The translations under genes were made by a program, and so were the position numbers. DNA of 50,552 bases. Origin: an uncultured Ruminococcus sp. GTDB lineage: Bacteria; Bacillota; Clostridia; Oscillospirales; CAG-272. The stretch covers positions 1-50,552 of the forward strand of contig CAZQII010000003.1 in NCBI GenBank assembly GCA_964593825.1, given 5' to 3'. The notes under the pieces were generated by a model that was not told the origin of the DNA, searched no databases, and saw only the letters and a program-made list of their open reading frames with translations. Each line of letters begins with the position of its first letter. Position 1 is the first letter of the stretch. This document shows positions 18,946 through 28,874 of the stretch, one piece after another.

Positions 18946-19839
18946 TCAATCCTTCAATTTTTCGAGAAGCTCTTTGCCGATCTGCTCGATCTTGCTCAAC
19001 CTGTGCGACAGTCCCGGCTTTGAGATCGACGGCGTAAACTTTGCCGCAAGCTGAGAGAGAGACAGCGAGTTGTATTCCAGCCTCAGCCGCGCCGTTACGG
19101 CAAGCTCCTCGGGCAATGCGCCGAGCAGTCCCGCGGCATCAAGCGCGGAAATGACCGCGATCTGGCGCATGGCGGTATTAACCGCCTTATCTATGTTATT
19201 GGTCTCGCAGTTTGCCACTCTGTTCGCATCATTGCGCAATTCGCTCTTTATTTTCGAATTCATTATCGAAAATGCTGTGGAATTCATTGATGCAAGACCG
19301 AAAAAATCCTCTATTGTCGCGCTGTTCTTGGTATATAAGATATCATGTCCGTCCTTGCGTATCCTTTTCAGTTCTATTCCGTTTTCGGCAAGGAAGGCGG
19401 AATAGCGCTCGACGCTGTCCTCCGAGAAGGAGAACTCGAGTGAATATTGCTTTTGCGGATCGGCGACTCTGCCGCTGACGAGAAAGGCTCCGCGCAAAAA
19501 CGACGCCTTGCACATTCCGCAGTGCGGAGTATACATCAGTCCGTCGCCGTTTTTGATTTTCAAAATAAATTTCTCGGCAGAATGGGATTTAAATCTGATT
19601 TTCTTGCCTCTGCCGCCGCATTTGTCGGAAACGGTGAGCACATCCTTCGTATATATTTCGGAAATCAGTGCCATCAGGAATTCACGCACATCGGCGTTTG
19701 CCGTCCGAATCTCAACGTACCCGTCGGCGGAAGAGGTCGCCTTTGCGGCGAGCGCACCGCAGATCAATGCCATCCTGCAGCATGAATTTTTGTATTGAGC
19801 CGAAATCAATTCGCTCTTTTGTTCCTCGCAAAACGACAT
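18946..19839 (-). CDS. whiA: DNA-binding protein WhiA
   Basis: The LAGLIDADG-like middle region includes RGAFLVSG. The C-terminal HTH is LSLSQLAAKF...SKPGLSHRLSKI, and the motif NCETNNIDKAV is present. Confidence 0.88.
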   Translation of the reverse strand: MSFCEEQKSELISAQYKNSCCRMALICGALAAKATSSADGYVEIRTANADVREFLMALISEIYTKDVLTVSDKCGGRGKKIRFKSHSAEKFILKIKNGDGLMYTPHCGMCKASFLRGAFLVSGRVADPQKQYSLEFSFSEDSVERYSAFLAENGIELKRIRKDGHDILYTKNSATIEDFFGLASMNSTAFSIMNSKIKSELRNDANRVANCETNNIDKAVNTAMRQIAVISALDAAGLLGALPEELAVTARLRLEYNSLSLSQLAAKFTPSISKPGLSHRLSKIEQIGKELLEKLKD

Positions 19840-19855
19840 TTAAAAACCTCCGAGA

Positions 19856-20764
19856 TCAAGCGAGATATTCTATTTCCTCCGTGAGGATCACTCCGTATTT
19901 ATTAAAGACCGCGCTCTTAGCCAATTCGACAATAGCCTTGTAATCCAACGCCGTCGCACCGCCGACATTTACGATAAATCCCGCATGCTTTTCCGAGATC
20001 ATGGCGCCGCCGATGCGATACCCCTTTAATCCGCATCCGTCGATCAGGGCGGCCGCACTGCGACCGTCACATCTTTTGAATACACTGCCGAGAGACGGTA
20101 AGGCTACGGGCTGTGTATTTCTGCGCCGCTCGGCATAATGCGACATTTTTTCGAATATATCGCTCGGCGCGGCCTTTTTATAAGCGAAATTCGCCGAGAC
20201 AACGGTCAAGCGCTCCTCTGACAAGCGGCTGTGCCTGTAAGAAAAGCGGAGATCATCCGCCGGAATAATACGAACCGCACGCGCCGCCGCATCTATCGCG
20301 CGGACACTCACGAGGACATCCGAGATCTCCCGTCCGTATGCGCCCGCATTCATGTAAACGGCGCCACCCACGCTGCCCGGGATCCCCGCAAGCTCCTCAA
20401 GCGAAGAAAAGCCGTTTTCGGCAAGGTATGATGCGAGCGACGGCAGGGATACTCCGCAATCGGCGCTCACAAGCTCGTTTTCTACATGTATCTCTCTAAT
20501 TCCGTCCGTGCGGATCAAAAGACCCGAGAAGCGGCCGTCCGGCGGAAGAATATTGCTCATCCTTCCGACAGTCCTATACGGTATACCGCAGTCGGTCGCC
20601 GCGAAAACGGTGCCGATCATCTCCTCCGCGCTTTTCGGATAAGCGACCAAAGCGCATACACCGCCTATTTGTGCATATGAGATGTCCTTAAACGGCACAT
20701 CCGATACAGCTTTTATTTTCGATTTTTTTAATACGTCTTGAAATTCCGATAACGATAATTTCAA
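19856..20764 (-). CDS. murB: UDP-N-acetylenolpyruvoylglucosamine reductase
   Basis: It has an FAD-binding N-domain and GYRIGGAMISEKHAGFIVN. The only in-frame start is TTG at 20764. Confidence 0.88.
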   Translation of the reverse strand: MKLSLSEFQDVLKKSKIKAVSDVPFKDISYAQIGGVCALVAYPKSAEEMIGTVFAATDCGIPYRTVGRMSNILPPDGRFSGLLIRTDGIREIHVENELVSADCGVSLPSLASYLAENGFSSLEELAGIPGSVGGAVYMNAGAYGREISDVLVSVRAIDAAARAVRIIPADDLRFSYRHSRLSEERLTVVSANFAYKKAAPSDIFEKMSHYAERRRNTQPVALPSLGSVFKRCDGRSAAALIDGCGLKGYRIGGAMISEKHAGFIVNVGGATALDYKAIVELAKSAVFNKYGVILTEEIEYLA

Positions 20765-20791
20765 ATTATATTATTTTTTCTCCGATCGGTG

Positions 20792-22483
20792 TCAGTTGTA
20801 ATTGGATCTTTCATTGAGCATATCGCATGCGGCGGCGCGCTGCGCATCTGTTATATCAAGGCCGCCGAGTATCCGCGAAAGCTCGTTTATACGTCCGTCA
20901 CGGTCGAGCAGAACGACCGATGTTTCCGTCGCCTGACCGTCGTCGCTCTTTTTGATCAAAAAGTGTTCGTCCGCGAGGGACGCGATCTGCGCACTGTGCG
21001 TCACGCAAAAGATCTGCATGCTTTTTGACAGCGAAAGCATTTTTATTCCTATTTTTCTCGCAGTCTTTCCGGAGACGCCGGCATCTATTTCATCGAATAT
21101 AACGGTAAGGGTGCCATCCTTGTCGGCGATGACGCCCTTAAGCGCAAGCATGATGCGCGCAAGCTCACCTCCGGAGGCCACCTTTGAGATCGACTGGGGA
21201 GCGGCGCCGCTGTTTGCGCCTATCAAAAACTCCGCTTTATCGAATCCCGTCCCGTCGAGCACATGCTCCGAGTTTTTATATTCCTCTCTTACCGAGGCAA
21301 GGAACGAGACCTTGGGCATGTCGAGGAACTCGAGTATCTCCTTCACTCCGCGCTCAAGAGTCTTCGATGCCGCAGTGCGTCTTTCGTGCAGACGGGCGGC
21401 GATGGCTTCCGCCTCGGAATAAAGGCGCTTTTCCTCTTCTGCCATTGTTTTTATAAGGCTTTCCGAATTATTAAGCGATTCAAGCTCGTTTTCCGCGTTT
21501 TCGAGAAATGCGAGCACATCCTCAACCGTCGCTCCGTATTTTCTCTTCAGTCTCGAGAGCTTATCGAGCCGCGACTCGATCCTGTTCAGCGATTCGGTCG
21601 GATCGTCCTCTCCGTCCATGACAGCCAGGACCTCCTCCGCGATCTCATCCGATTCGTAGAGAAAATTTCTCAGCCGCTCCGCGTATTCCGCGCACTCGGG
21701 GATTATATCCGAGATCTGCATGAGTGCGCCGATGCTTCGGTCAAGCAAATAAGTAACACTGCCCTTTTCGCTTCCCTTCAGCGCCTTGAATACAAAATCC
21801 GCATGGCGGTTTATTTTTTCCCTGTGCTTGAGCTTAAGCTTCTTATCAATCAACTCCTCTTCCTCTCCGGACTTCGGTGAGACTGAGGTTATGTCCTTTA
21901 TCTGATATGCGAGGATCTCCTTAAGACGCTCGCGCTCCTTATCCTGCTCCTCGAGCTTCGCTCTTTTCGTGCGCACCTCGCAAAGCTTTGAATAAACGGT
22001 CTTATATTCCTCCAAAAGCTCCGTGCAATCCGCATAGGTGTCGAGGAGCTCGAGCTGACGGTGCTCATCGGTCAGGTCGCGCGTGTCGCTCTGCCCGTGT
22101 ATACTGACGAGCAAGGGAGTCACGGCCTTGAGCACGGCCATACTGACCGTACGTCCGTTTATCTTTATCTGCGATCTGCCGTCACGGCCGACGCTCCTCT
22201 GTATGAGCAGATTGCCGTCCTCGTCGGCGCAAACGCCGACCTGCCCGATTGCCTCCGATACCGCGGCGGAGAGCGACGTGAAAAGACCGCTCACCATAAG
22301 TCCGTCGGTCCCGTGTCTTATGAGCTCCTTATCCGCCTTTGCCCCGAGGAGGAGATTAACGCTGTCGATAATAATTGATTTTCCCGCGCCGGTCTCACCC
22401 GTCATTGCAATAAAGCCCGAGGAAAAATCGATGTCGACGGATCTTATCACCGCAACGTTTTCAATGTGTAAGGATGAAAGCAT
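20792..22483 (-). CDS. recN: DNA repair protein RecN
   Basis: It has Walker A GETGAGKS, a long coiled-coil middle, the SMC signature SGGELARIMLAL, and Walker B FDEIDAGVSG. Confidence 0.95.
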   Translation of the reverse strand: MLSSLHIENVAVIRSVDIDFSSGFIAMTGETGAGKSIIIDSVNLLLGAKADKELIRHGTDGLMVSGLFTSLSAAVSEAIGQVGVCADEDGNLLIQRSVGRDGRSQIKINGRTVSMAVLKAVTPLLVSIHGQSDTRDLTDEHRQLELLDTYADCTELLEEYKTVYSKLCEVRTKRAKLEEQDKERERLKEILAYQIKDITSVSPKSGEEEELIDKKLKLKHREKINRHADFVFKALKGSEKGSVTYLLDRSIGALMQISDIIPECAEYAERLRNFLYESDEIAEEVLAVMDGEDDPTESLNRIESRLDKLSRLKRKYGATVEDVLAFLENAENELESLNNSESLIKTMAEEEKRLYSEAEAIAARLHERRTAASKTLERGVKEILEFLDMPKVSFLASVREEYKNSEHVLDGTGFDKAEFLIGANSGAAPQSISKVASGGELARIMLALKGVIADKDGTLTVIFDEIDAGVSGKTARKIGIKMLSLSKSMQIFCVTHSAQIASLADEHFLIKKSDDGQATETSVVLLDRDGRINELSRILGGLDITDAQRAAACDMLNERSNYN

Positions 22484-22501
22484 TTTCTGTCGCCCTTTCC
22501 G

Positions 22502-22957
22502 TCAAAAGCCGAAGGCGTCTTTAAGACTTCTCTCGGCGGTGTGTGCATCCGAAACAGTCTTTATCACAAGAAGAACTGTGTCGTCACCCGCGACGCTTCC
22601 TATTATCTTATCTATCTCGAGCGAGTCAATGCATACCGCGACGGCATTTGCCATGCCTGCAAGCGTCTTCACTACTATTATATTCTCCGCCGCTTCTATT
22701 TTTACTATCGAATCGGTGAGCGCCGCATTGACCGCGGGAGCGGAATCGGTCTTTTTCAGATCCGGAAGAACATATTTATACGTACCGCGCTCGGTGATCC
22801 CCTTTGCCAATTGCAGCTGTCTTATATCGCGGGAGACGGTGGTTTGCGTCGTTTCTATCCCCGCCTCAAGGAGTCTTTGTATAAGAGTTTCCTGAGTATC
22901 TATATCGTACTGCTCGACAAGCTCCAGTATCTTTCTCTGTCTTGCGTTTTTCATCAC
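22502..22957 (-). CDS. argR: Arginine repressor
   Basis: It has the winged-helix N-terminus RQRKILELVEQYDIDTQETLIQRLLEAGIETTQTTVSRDI and the C-terminal GSVAGDDTVLLV. Confidence 0.9.
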   Translation of the reverse strand: MMKNARQRKILELVEQYDIDTQETLIQRLLEAGIETTQTTVSRDIRQLQLAKGITERGTYKYVLPDLKKTDSAPAVNAALTDSIVKIEAAENIIVVKTLAGMANAVAVCIDSLEIDKIIGSVAGDDTVLLVIKTVSDAHTAERSLKDAFGF

Positions 22958-23808
22958 TTGATGTCCTCCAGAATTCTCATTTTTTTAAACAGTGTGGCAA
23001 ACATATTGCTGTCGGAGAATGAAAGCATCCTCAGTCTTTCCTTCGCCGCGCGAATGATGCAGCTCTCCCCCTTCGCCATGGTGGCAAAGCTCCTGCCGTC
23101 TATGCTTATCCTCAGATTTTGCTCGCATATATTTTTAACCGTGATCGCCTCTCCAGAATCGAAAACAATGGAGCGGTTAAAAAACGAGTGCGGACAAACG
23201 GGGGTTATAAGCATGGAATTGACATTGTGAGCAACTATCGGTCCGCCCGCGGAGAGCGAATACGCGGTAGAGCCCGCGGGAGTCGAAACAATTATACTGT
23301 CCGCCCTGTATTTTACTCCGTCACCGAGGGCACTTTCGACCGTGAAATCCGCAATTCCCAAATAACCGTCATGCGAAATGACGACATCGTTGACGGCCAG
23401 GCTATCCGCCCTCTTTACCGTCCCGCCCGTTGCGACGAGCTCGGCGGAGAGAAGAAGCATTTCGTTAATCTTATATTCTGCGGTGAGAAGCCTGTCAAAG
23501 GCGTCGAGATTGTCGGGCTCCACCTCGGAGAGATATCCGACCTTCCCGAGATTGACGCCTATGATAGGCGCGCCGTATGTGACGGCGTACTTGGAGGCGT
23601 CTATAACCGAGCCGTCGCCGCCGACGACAACTATAAGCTCCGCGTCGCGCGGAAATTCCGAATATACCGCAGCCTCGGGCAGTCCGATCCCGTAAGAGGA
23701 GTCGATATACGGTCTTATGCCTATCGAAGATAATTTCTTTATAAGCGCTTTCGTTACGAAAAGCTCCGCGTCCTTTTTCGGATTGGGAATTATAACTGCA
23801 TTTTTCAT
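22954..23808 (-). CDS. nadK: NAD+ kinase
   Basis: It has the GGDGS motif, the NDVVISH motif and STPAGSTAYSLSAGGPI. Confidence 0.92.
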   Translation of the reverse strand: MKNAVIIPNPKKDAELFVTKALIKKLSSIGIRPYIDSSYGIGLPEAAVYSEFPRDAELIVVVGGDGSVIDASKYAVTYGAPIIGVNLGKVGYLSEVEPDNLDAFDRLLTAEYKINEMLLLSAELVATGGTVKRADSLAVNDVVISHDGYLGIADFTVESALGDGVKYRADSIIVSTPAGSTAYSLSAGGPIVAHNVNSMLITPVCPHSFFNRSIVFDSGEAITVKNICEQNLRISIDGRSFATMAKGESCIIRAAKERLRMLSFSDSNMFATLFKKMRILEDIK

Positions 23809-23812
23809 TGCT

Positions 23813-24538
23813 TTACCTCATCTTAAAGTGAACAAGATATTCGGTATTTCCGTCGCCGCCCTTGATGGGAGATTCGATCGAACCGAGTGTAAGGAAGCCC
23901 TGCGACTCGGCAAAAGTAATAACCTTTTCGAGCGCCATTGTACGCAAGGAGTCGCTCTTGACGATGCCGCCCTTTCCGATCCCGGCGCGCCCCACCTCAA
24001 ATTGCGGCTTTACAAGGCAAATAAAATCGCCCCCCGGTGCAAGAACCGCCCTCACAGCCGGTATTATATATGTTGCGGAAATGAAAGAAACGTCCATTAC
24101 CGCAAGATCAAAGGCTCCGTCGAAATCCTCCGCGGTCATATACCTTGCATTAAATCCCTCAAGGCTCGTGACTCTGTCATCGTCCCTCAGCGACCGAACG
24201 AGCTGGGAGCTTCCCGAATCGACGCAGACGACATGGCTCGCACCGCTTTTCAAAAGGCAGTCAGTAAATCCGCCGCTGGATGCCCCGATGTCTATGCATC
24301 TCTTGTCCGCCGCCGCGACACAAAAGGCGTCGAGCGCCGCCTCGAGCTTCAGTCCTCCGCGGCTCACATATTTTTTTGTGCTCCCGCTTATCTCCACCGA
24401 GTCGCTGTCGGACACGTCGAAGGACGGCTTTGTGACCGTTTTACCGTTTACCGACACGCATCCCTCGGTGACAAGAGACTTTGCCTCCGTGCGGCTCGAT
24501 GCAAGTCCGCGCTCAAAAACGGAAACGTCAATCCTCAT
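23813..24538 (-). CDS. tlyA: TlyA-family rRNA 2'-O-methyltransferase
   Basis: It has an S4-like N-terminus (RIDVSVFERGLASSRTEAKSLV), YVSRGGLKLEAAL, and the SAM motif IDIGASSGGFTD. Confidence 0.88.
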   Translation of the reverse strand: MRIDVSVFERGLASSRTEAKSLVTEGCVSVNGKTVTKPSFDVSDSDSVEISGSTKKYVSRGGLKLEAALDAFCVAAADKRCIDIGASSGGFTDCLLKSGASHVVCVDSGSSQLVRSLRDDDRVTSLEGFNARYMTAEDFDGAFDLAVMDVSFISATYIIPAVRAVLAPGGDFICLVKPQFEVGRAGIGKGGIVKSDSLRTMALEKVITFAESQGFLTLGSIESPIKGGDGNTEYLVHFKMR

Positions 24539-24773
24539 TTTGCAATGCCCCGAACGGCATATCGGTGACGGTGCCGTCGACCCCCTCGGTCAGAATGCGG
24601 ACTCTTTCCTCTGCCTTCTCGAGCCTTTGATTGCAGATCCCGACGAGTCTCATCGCCTCCTCAAAGGTGCTTATCGATTCATCGAGTGTGAGCTCCGCCG
24701 ATTCAAGCGAACGTACGCTTTCTTCAAGCCTTGCAAACGCGTCCTCGAACTTCATTTCTTTTTTGACTGCCAT
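24528..24773 (-). CDS. xseB: Exodeoxyribonuclease VII small subunit
   Basis: It has FEDAFARLEESVRSLESAELTLDESISTFEEAMRL, is 81 aa long, and lies directly after xseA. Confidence 0.9.
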   Translation of the reverse strand: MAVKKEMKFEDAFARLEESVRSLESAELTLDESISTFEEAMRLVGICNQRLEKAEERVRILTEGVDGTVTDMPFGALQNED

Positions 24774-24775
24774 TA

Positions 24776-26002
24776 TCAGTTGACCTCTTTTTCGATAATT
24801 TTCGCTTTCAATTTACCGTCCGCCATTCTGACGGTCACGGTGTCTCCGATCTCGATGTCGCTTACACGCCGCACGCATGCACCGTCCGCCTCGACCACGG
24901 AATATCCCCGCGCCAGCACGGACAGCGGGTTTAAGGCATTCAAGCCCTCGACATTGAGCATAAGTCCGTTTCTTTTGCTCGCTATACGCAATGTGCAAAG
25001 CTCGGATGCACGCCTGATTAGATCCGAAACGTCCTTTTTCTTTTCTTTGTAAAAGAGCTCCGGCCGCTTCAATATCGCTTTGTCAGAGGCGGCATTCAGA
25101 CGCTCGCGCCTTGTGGCAATGCTCTTTTTCAATGCGGAGGCCGCACGCTCCGCTAAGGAGTCGATGCGCATAAGCAGCTCCGCGGAATCGGGCACGGCCA
25201 GCTCCGCCGCGGCGGACGGCGTCGGAGCGCGCATATCCGAAACAAAATCGCAGACGGTAAAATCCGTCTCATGCCCGACGGCGGAAATGATCGGCACCGA
25301 ATGCGCATATATCCTTCTTGCCAGCGCCTCAGAATTAAAGGGCCAAAGATCCTCGATCGATCCGCCGCCTCTTCCTATTATTATTACGTCGACAAGCCTG
25401 CTGTCATCAAAATAATCTAGCGCCCTTATGAGCTCACCCTCCGCATTATCCCCCTGCACGAGCGAGGGATATAAATATACGCGAGCATACGGAAACCTGC
25501 GCTCTGTTATATTTATGATATCGCGCACGGCGGCTCCCGTCGGAGATGTTATGATTCCTATCGCCTCGGGAAAACGGGGGATCGCCTTTTTATGCTCCGG
25601 CGAAAAAAGCCCCTCCTCCGCGAGCTTGTGCTTAAGAAGCTCGTATTTTTCATAAAGCTCGCCTATACCGTCCCGAAGCATGGATGTCACATACAGCTGA
25701 TATACTCCGCCCTGCGGATATACGGACACGGAGCCGTGAGCCTTTACCCGCATTCCGTTTTTGGGTATCATTTTCAGATTTGCGGCATGCGAGCGAAACA
25801 TGACGGCCTTGATCTGTCCGCCGCCGTCCTTAAGTGAAAAATAAAAATGCCCGCTTCCGTGACATACAAAATTCGATATTTCACCGCACACGGTCACAGA
25901 GGTCAAGCATCTGTCGTTATCTAAAACGGTCTTTACATAGCCGTTGAGCTCGCTTACGGTAAATTCGGCGGCTCTTCTCTCGCGCAGGGATGAAATATCC
26001 AT
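24776..26002 (-). CDS. xseA: Exodeoxyribonuclease VII large subunit
   Basis: It has an OB-fold N-terminus (VTVCGEISNF...HFYFSLKD), IIGRGGGSIEDLWPFN and SAVGHETDFT. Confidence 0.92.
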   Translation of the reverse strand: MDISSLRERRAAEFTVSELNGYVKTVLDNDRCLTSVTVCGEISNFVCHGSGHFYFSLKDGGGQIKAVMFRSHAANLKMIPKNGMRVKAHGSVSVYPQGGVYQLYVTSMLRDGIGELYEKYELLKHKLAEEGLFSPEHKKAIPRFPEAIGIITSPTGAAVRDIINITERRFPYARVYLYPSLVQGDNAEGELIRALDYFDDSRLVDVIIIGRGGGSIEDLWPFNSEALARRIYAHSVPIISAVGHETDFTVCDFVSDMRAPTPSAAAELAVPDSAELLMRIDSLAERAASALKKSIATRRERLNAASDKAILKRPELFYKEKKKDVSDLIRRASELCTLRIASKRNGLMLNVEGLNALNPLSVLARGYSVVEADGACVRRVSDIEIGDTVTVRMADGKLKAKIIEKEVN

Positions 26003-26021
26003 CGGCTGTTAAGGATTCCTT

Positions 26022-26972
26022 TCAATGATTATTTTCTTCGTCGTATGCCTTCTTTGCGAGGACGGCAATCCCGACAGCATTGTCGCACGAAAGCTCCGGC
26101 TCCGCAAAGGCGGCATCGAATCTCGCGCCGAGCCTCTTACGTATTATCGAATTCGACATAACTCCGCCGGCGAAGACGAGCGGCTCGTCCCCGTAAGTCT
26201 TGCGATAATTTTCGCAAACGGAAAGTATCGCATCGGAAAGATAGTCGAGAATGAACGCGGAGGTCAGCTCGACATTCTTCGTTTCGTCATACAGGCGTAC
26301 GGCAATATTCTCAAGACCCGATAAATTGACCTCGGTATCGCACACGTGCGGCTTTTTCCTCGGAATGCGCGCAGTGTTGGCGAGCGCCGCCTTTTCTATA
26401 TATTTTCCGCATGGGAACAGAAAGCCCATATAAACTCCGAGCCTGTCTATTACCTGCCCGGCATTCAGATCCCTTGTTCCTCCGGCGCTCTCGCAAGCAA
26501 AGCCGCCCTTGACCGCCCTTGCACGCACGAGCTCGGTCGTTCCGCCGGAAATATGAAAGGCCCCGAAGCTGTCGGGGATCTCTCTGCCCGCGGAATACAG
26601 CGCCGCCATGATATGACCGCACTGATGAGAAAATTCATACATCGGTGCCCCGCACCCGAGCGCCGCGGCATGCGCCGCAGAAGCACCGGCAAGGAAGCAC
26701 GGCATATACGACCCCTCGCGGTTTCTCGGCCTTGTGCTGACTCCGACCGCCATAACGGTGCCGCCGGAAATAATATCCCTCGCTCTGTCAAGCAAGAGCG
26801 GCAGCGCCCTCGTATGCTCGAAAAGCGCATCGGACTGTCTGAGTCCTCTTTCCCCCGGCTTCACCGGTAAGAGCTGCTTAAGGTTGGCTGCGAGATTGCC
26901 GTCCGAATCGATCAGGGCGACCGAGGTGGTATAATTGCTCGTATCTATACCCAAAAAATATTTCGAGCTCAT
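26022..26972 (-). CDS. Kae1/TsaD (peptidase M22/glycoprotease) family paralogue
   Basis: It has the ASKHA-fold N-terminus LGIDTSNYTTSVAL and the HxxxH metal motif (HQCGH). It is shorter than canonical TsaD. It overlaps nusB by 4 nt. Confidence 0.65.
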   Translation of the reverse strand: MSSKYFLGIDTSNYTTSVALIDSDGNLAANLKQLLPVKPGERGLRQSDALFEHTRALPLLLDRARDIISGGTVMAVGVSTRPRNREGSYMPCFLAGASAAHAAALGCGAPMYEFSHQCGHIMAALYSAGREIPDSFGAFHISGGTTELVRARAVKGGFACESAGGTRDLNAGQVIDRLGVYMGFLFPCGKYIEKAALANTARIPRKKPHVCDTEVNLSGLENIAVRLYDETKNVELTSAFILDYLSDAILSVCENYRKTYGDEPLVFAGGVMSNSIIRKRLGARFDAAFAEPELSCDNAVGIAVLAKKAYDEENNH

Positions 26973-27373
26973 TTTCTTTCAAGAAACTCGGCTGCGGCAT
27001 TCAAAACGCCGTTGACGAACATATATGCCTTCTCGTCATCGTACTTCTTCGAGAGCTCGATGGCCTCGTTTATCGAAACTCGTGCAGGAATATCGTCCAT
27101 AAACATAAGCTCATATACGGCCAATCTCAAAAGTGCCTTCGAGGTCATGGATATTCTATCCTTATTCCAGCCCTGAAGATTTTTCTCTACTGTGCCGTCT
27201 ATTAAAGTCAAATTCTCATATGTGCCGAAGAAGACCTTTTTCACGTATTCGTCGCACTCGAGCGCACGGTACGAGACCGCCTTTTCATATATCTCCTGTG
27301 CCGTTTCATCCGTCTTGCATCCCAACTCGAAAAGGAGTATAAATGCATTTTCTCTCGCTGTCTTTCTGTTCAT
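26969..27373 (-). CDS. nusB: Transcription antitermination factor NusB
   Basis: It has MNRKTARENAFILLFE..., RLAVYELMFMDDIPARVSINEAIELSKKY, is 134 aa long, and sits in the conserved nusB-xseA neighbourhood. Confidence 0.9.
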   Translation of the reverse strand: MNRKTARENAFILLFELGCKTDETAQEIYEKAVSYRALECDEYVKKVFFGTYENLTLIDGTVEKNLQGWNKDRISMTSKALLRLAVYELMFMDDIPARVSINEAIELSKKYDDEKAYMFVNGVLNAAAEFLERK

Positions 27374-27521
27374 TGATCATCTCTCCAAGGATTATAATAT
27401 TTTATATTAATATAATTATACCTTTATTTTCGGTAAAAGTCAACCGATTTTGAATAAAATCAAATATTTTTGAATTTTTATGCGAAGAATATATTTCTTA
27501 TCCGTTTTTTCGACTTATCAC

Positions 27522-27550
27522 TTGAAAAAGCCCGCGGAATGTGTTATTAT
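27522..27550 (+). promoter_or_regulatory. Sigma-A-type promoter for the membrane-protein/DUF951/ruvAB unit
   Basis: It reads TTGAAA (27522..27527), a 17-nt spacer, then TATTAT (27545..27550). Confidence 0.5.
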
Positions 27551-27586
27551 ATTGTAGTAAAATATTATCGTGAAGGGAGTTTTTTT

Positions 27587-28042
27587 ATGAAGCTCGTTGA
27601 AAAAACCTTTTTAAAGGGCGGCTGTTATTCCTTTCTCATCGCGCTTGCGTTGCTCGTCATTTCGCACGCAATGGGGATCGACGAATACGGAAATTACAGC
27701 ATAGTCCTGAATTTGAAGCTCTATTCGGTCTGCATGGCATGCGGATTTGCCGCAGCGGCCGTGGATCTTATATTCGAAACAAGGCTCGACCCCATTTTTA
27801 AGAGGCTCATCCATTTTATCGTTTTGCTCGGCGGATTTGTCGCAATTTTCGCCACATCGAAATCCGGCAGTCAGAGCATCGCGACAAAGATACTTGTCGG
27901 CGTCATCGTCTTCACGTTCTGCTACGTCGTGCTCTTCCTCCTGGTCTTCTCTGTCAAAAAGCTCGTCGCATTTATTGAGAAAAAGCACGGCATCGCAAAA
28001 GGCGCGGACAGCACGTCATATACTCCACGGTACAAGAAATGA
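27587..28042 (+). CDS. Hypothetical four-helix membrane protein
   Basis: It has four hydrophobic segments. GAAGGGAG lies 7 nt upstream of the ATG at 27587, whereas the ORF-track start at 27470 is in AT-rich promoter DNA. No recognisable family. Confidence 0.6.
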   Translation: MKLVEKTFLKGGCYSFLIALALLVISHAMGIDEYGNYSIVLNLKLYSVCMACGFAAAAVDLIFETRLDPIFKRLIHFIVLLGGFVAIFATSKSGSQSIATKILVGVIVFTFCYVVLFLLVFSVKKLVAFIEKKHGIAKGADSTSYTPRYKK

Positions 28043-28230
28043 AGATCATACGGTTTAATGTCGGAGACATCCTTGTGATGAAAAAAAAGCACCCCTGCTC
28101 CTCTTACGAGTTCAGGGTAATGCGCATCGGAACTGATGTGCGCATCGTTTGCGTCGGATGCGGACGAGACATCACACTGGGCAGAGAGACACTTGAAAAA
28201 TCCATAAAGCAAGTGAAGCCCGCGGAATGA
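28039..28230 (+). CDS. DUF951-family small protein (YyzM-like)
   Basis: The pattern VGDILVMKKKHPCSSYEFRVMRIGTDVRIVCVGCGRDITL matches DUF951, with its conserved HPCG-like and CxxC features. An ATGA overlap couples it to the upstream gene. Confidence 0.75.
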   Translation: MKIIRFNVGDILVMKKKHPCSSYEFRVMRIGTDVRIVCVGCGRDITLGRETLEKSIKQVKPAE

Positions 28231-28242
28231 AACGGAGAAAAT

Positions 28243-28854
28243 ATGTTTTACTATTTAAACGGAACTCTTGAAGTTAGGGAAGCCAACCTTTGCGTTATAG
28301 ACTGCGGCGGCGTGGGATATAAATTGACCGTCAGCCTTACCACCTCGGAGATGCTGGCGCAGAAGCTCGGCAAAAGCGTAAAGCTCTACACCCACCTCTC
28401 CGTAAAGGAGGACGGCATGGAGCTCTTCGGCTTTGCGAGCCTTGAGGAGCACGAGTGCTTTAACCTCTTGACGGGCGTCAGCGGCGTCGGTCCGAAGGCG
28501 GCGATAAACATACTGTCGGTCATGACGCCGGACAGGCTGTCGCTCGCAATATGCACGGAGGACGTAAAAGCTATCTCAAAGGCACAGAACGTCGGCGCGA
28601 AAACCGCGGCAAGGATCGTTTTGGAGCTGAAGGACAAGATCTCGAAGGACACAATGACGACCTCCCCGTCTCCGACCGGTGCAGCACCGAGGAGCGATAT
28701 TCCGGTGCAAAGCGGAGCCGTTGCCGAAGCGGCAGAGGCCCTCACCGTCCTCGGATACGATAAAAGCGCGGCGCTCGGTGCGCTGAGCGGCATTGATCCC
28801 ACGCTCGACTCCGCGGCAATGATAAGAGCCGCCCTGAAAAAGCTTGCAAAATAA
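28243..28854 (+). CDS. ruvA: Holliday junction branch migration complex subunit RuvA
   Basis: It has MFYYLNGTLEV...GGVGYKL and the HhH motifs LLTGVSGVGPKAAINIL. The gene is followed by ruvB. Confidence 0.93.
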   Translation: MFYYLNGTLEVREANLCVIDCGGVGYKLTVSLTTSEMLAQKLGKSVKLYTHLSVKEDGMELFGFASLEEHECFNLLTGVSGVGPKAAINILSVMTPDRLSLAICTEDVKAISKAQNVGAKTAARIVLELKDKISKDTMTTSPSPTGAAPRSDIPVQSGAVAEAAEALTVLGYDKSAALGALSGIDPTLDSAAMIRAALKKLAK

Positions 28855-28874
28855 GTCGAAAAGGATTCTGAAAT

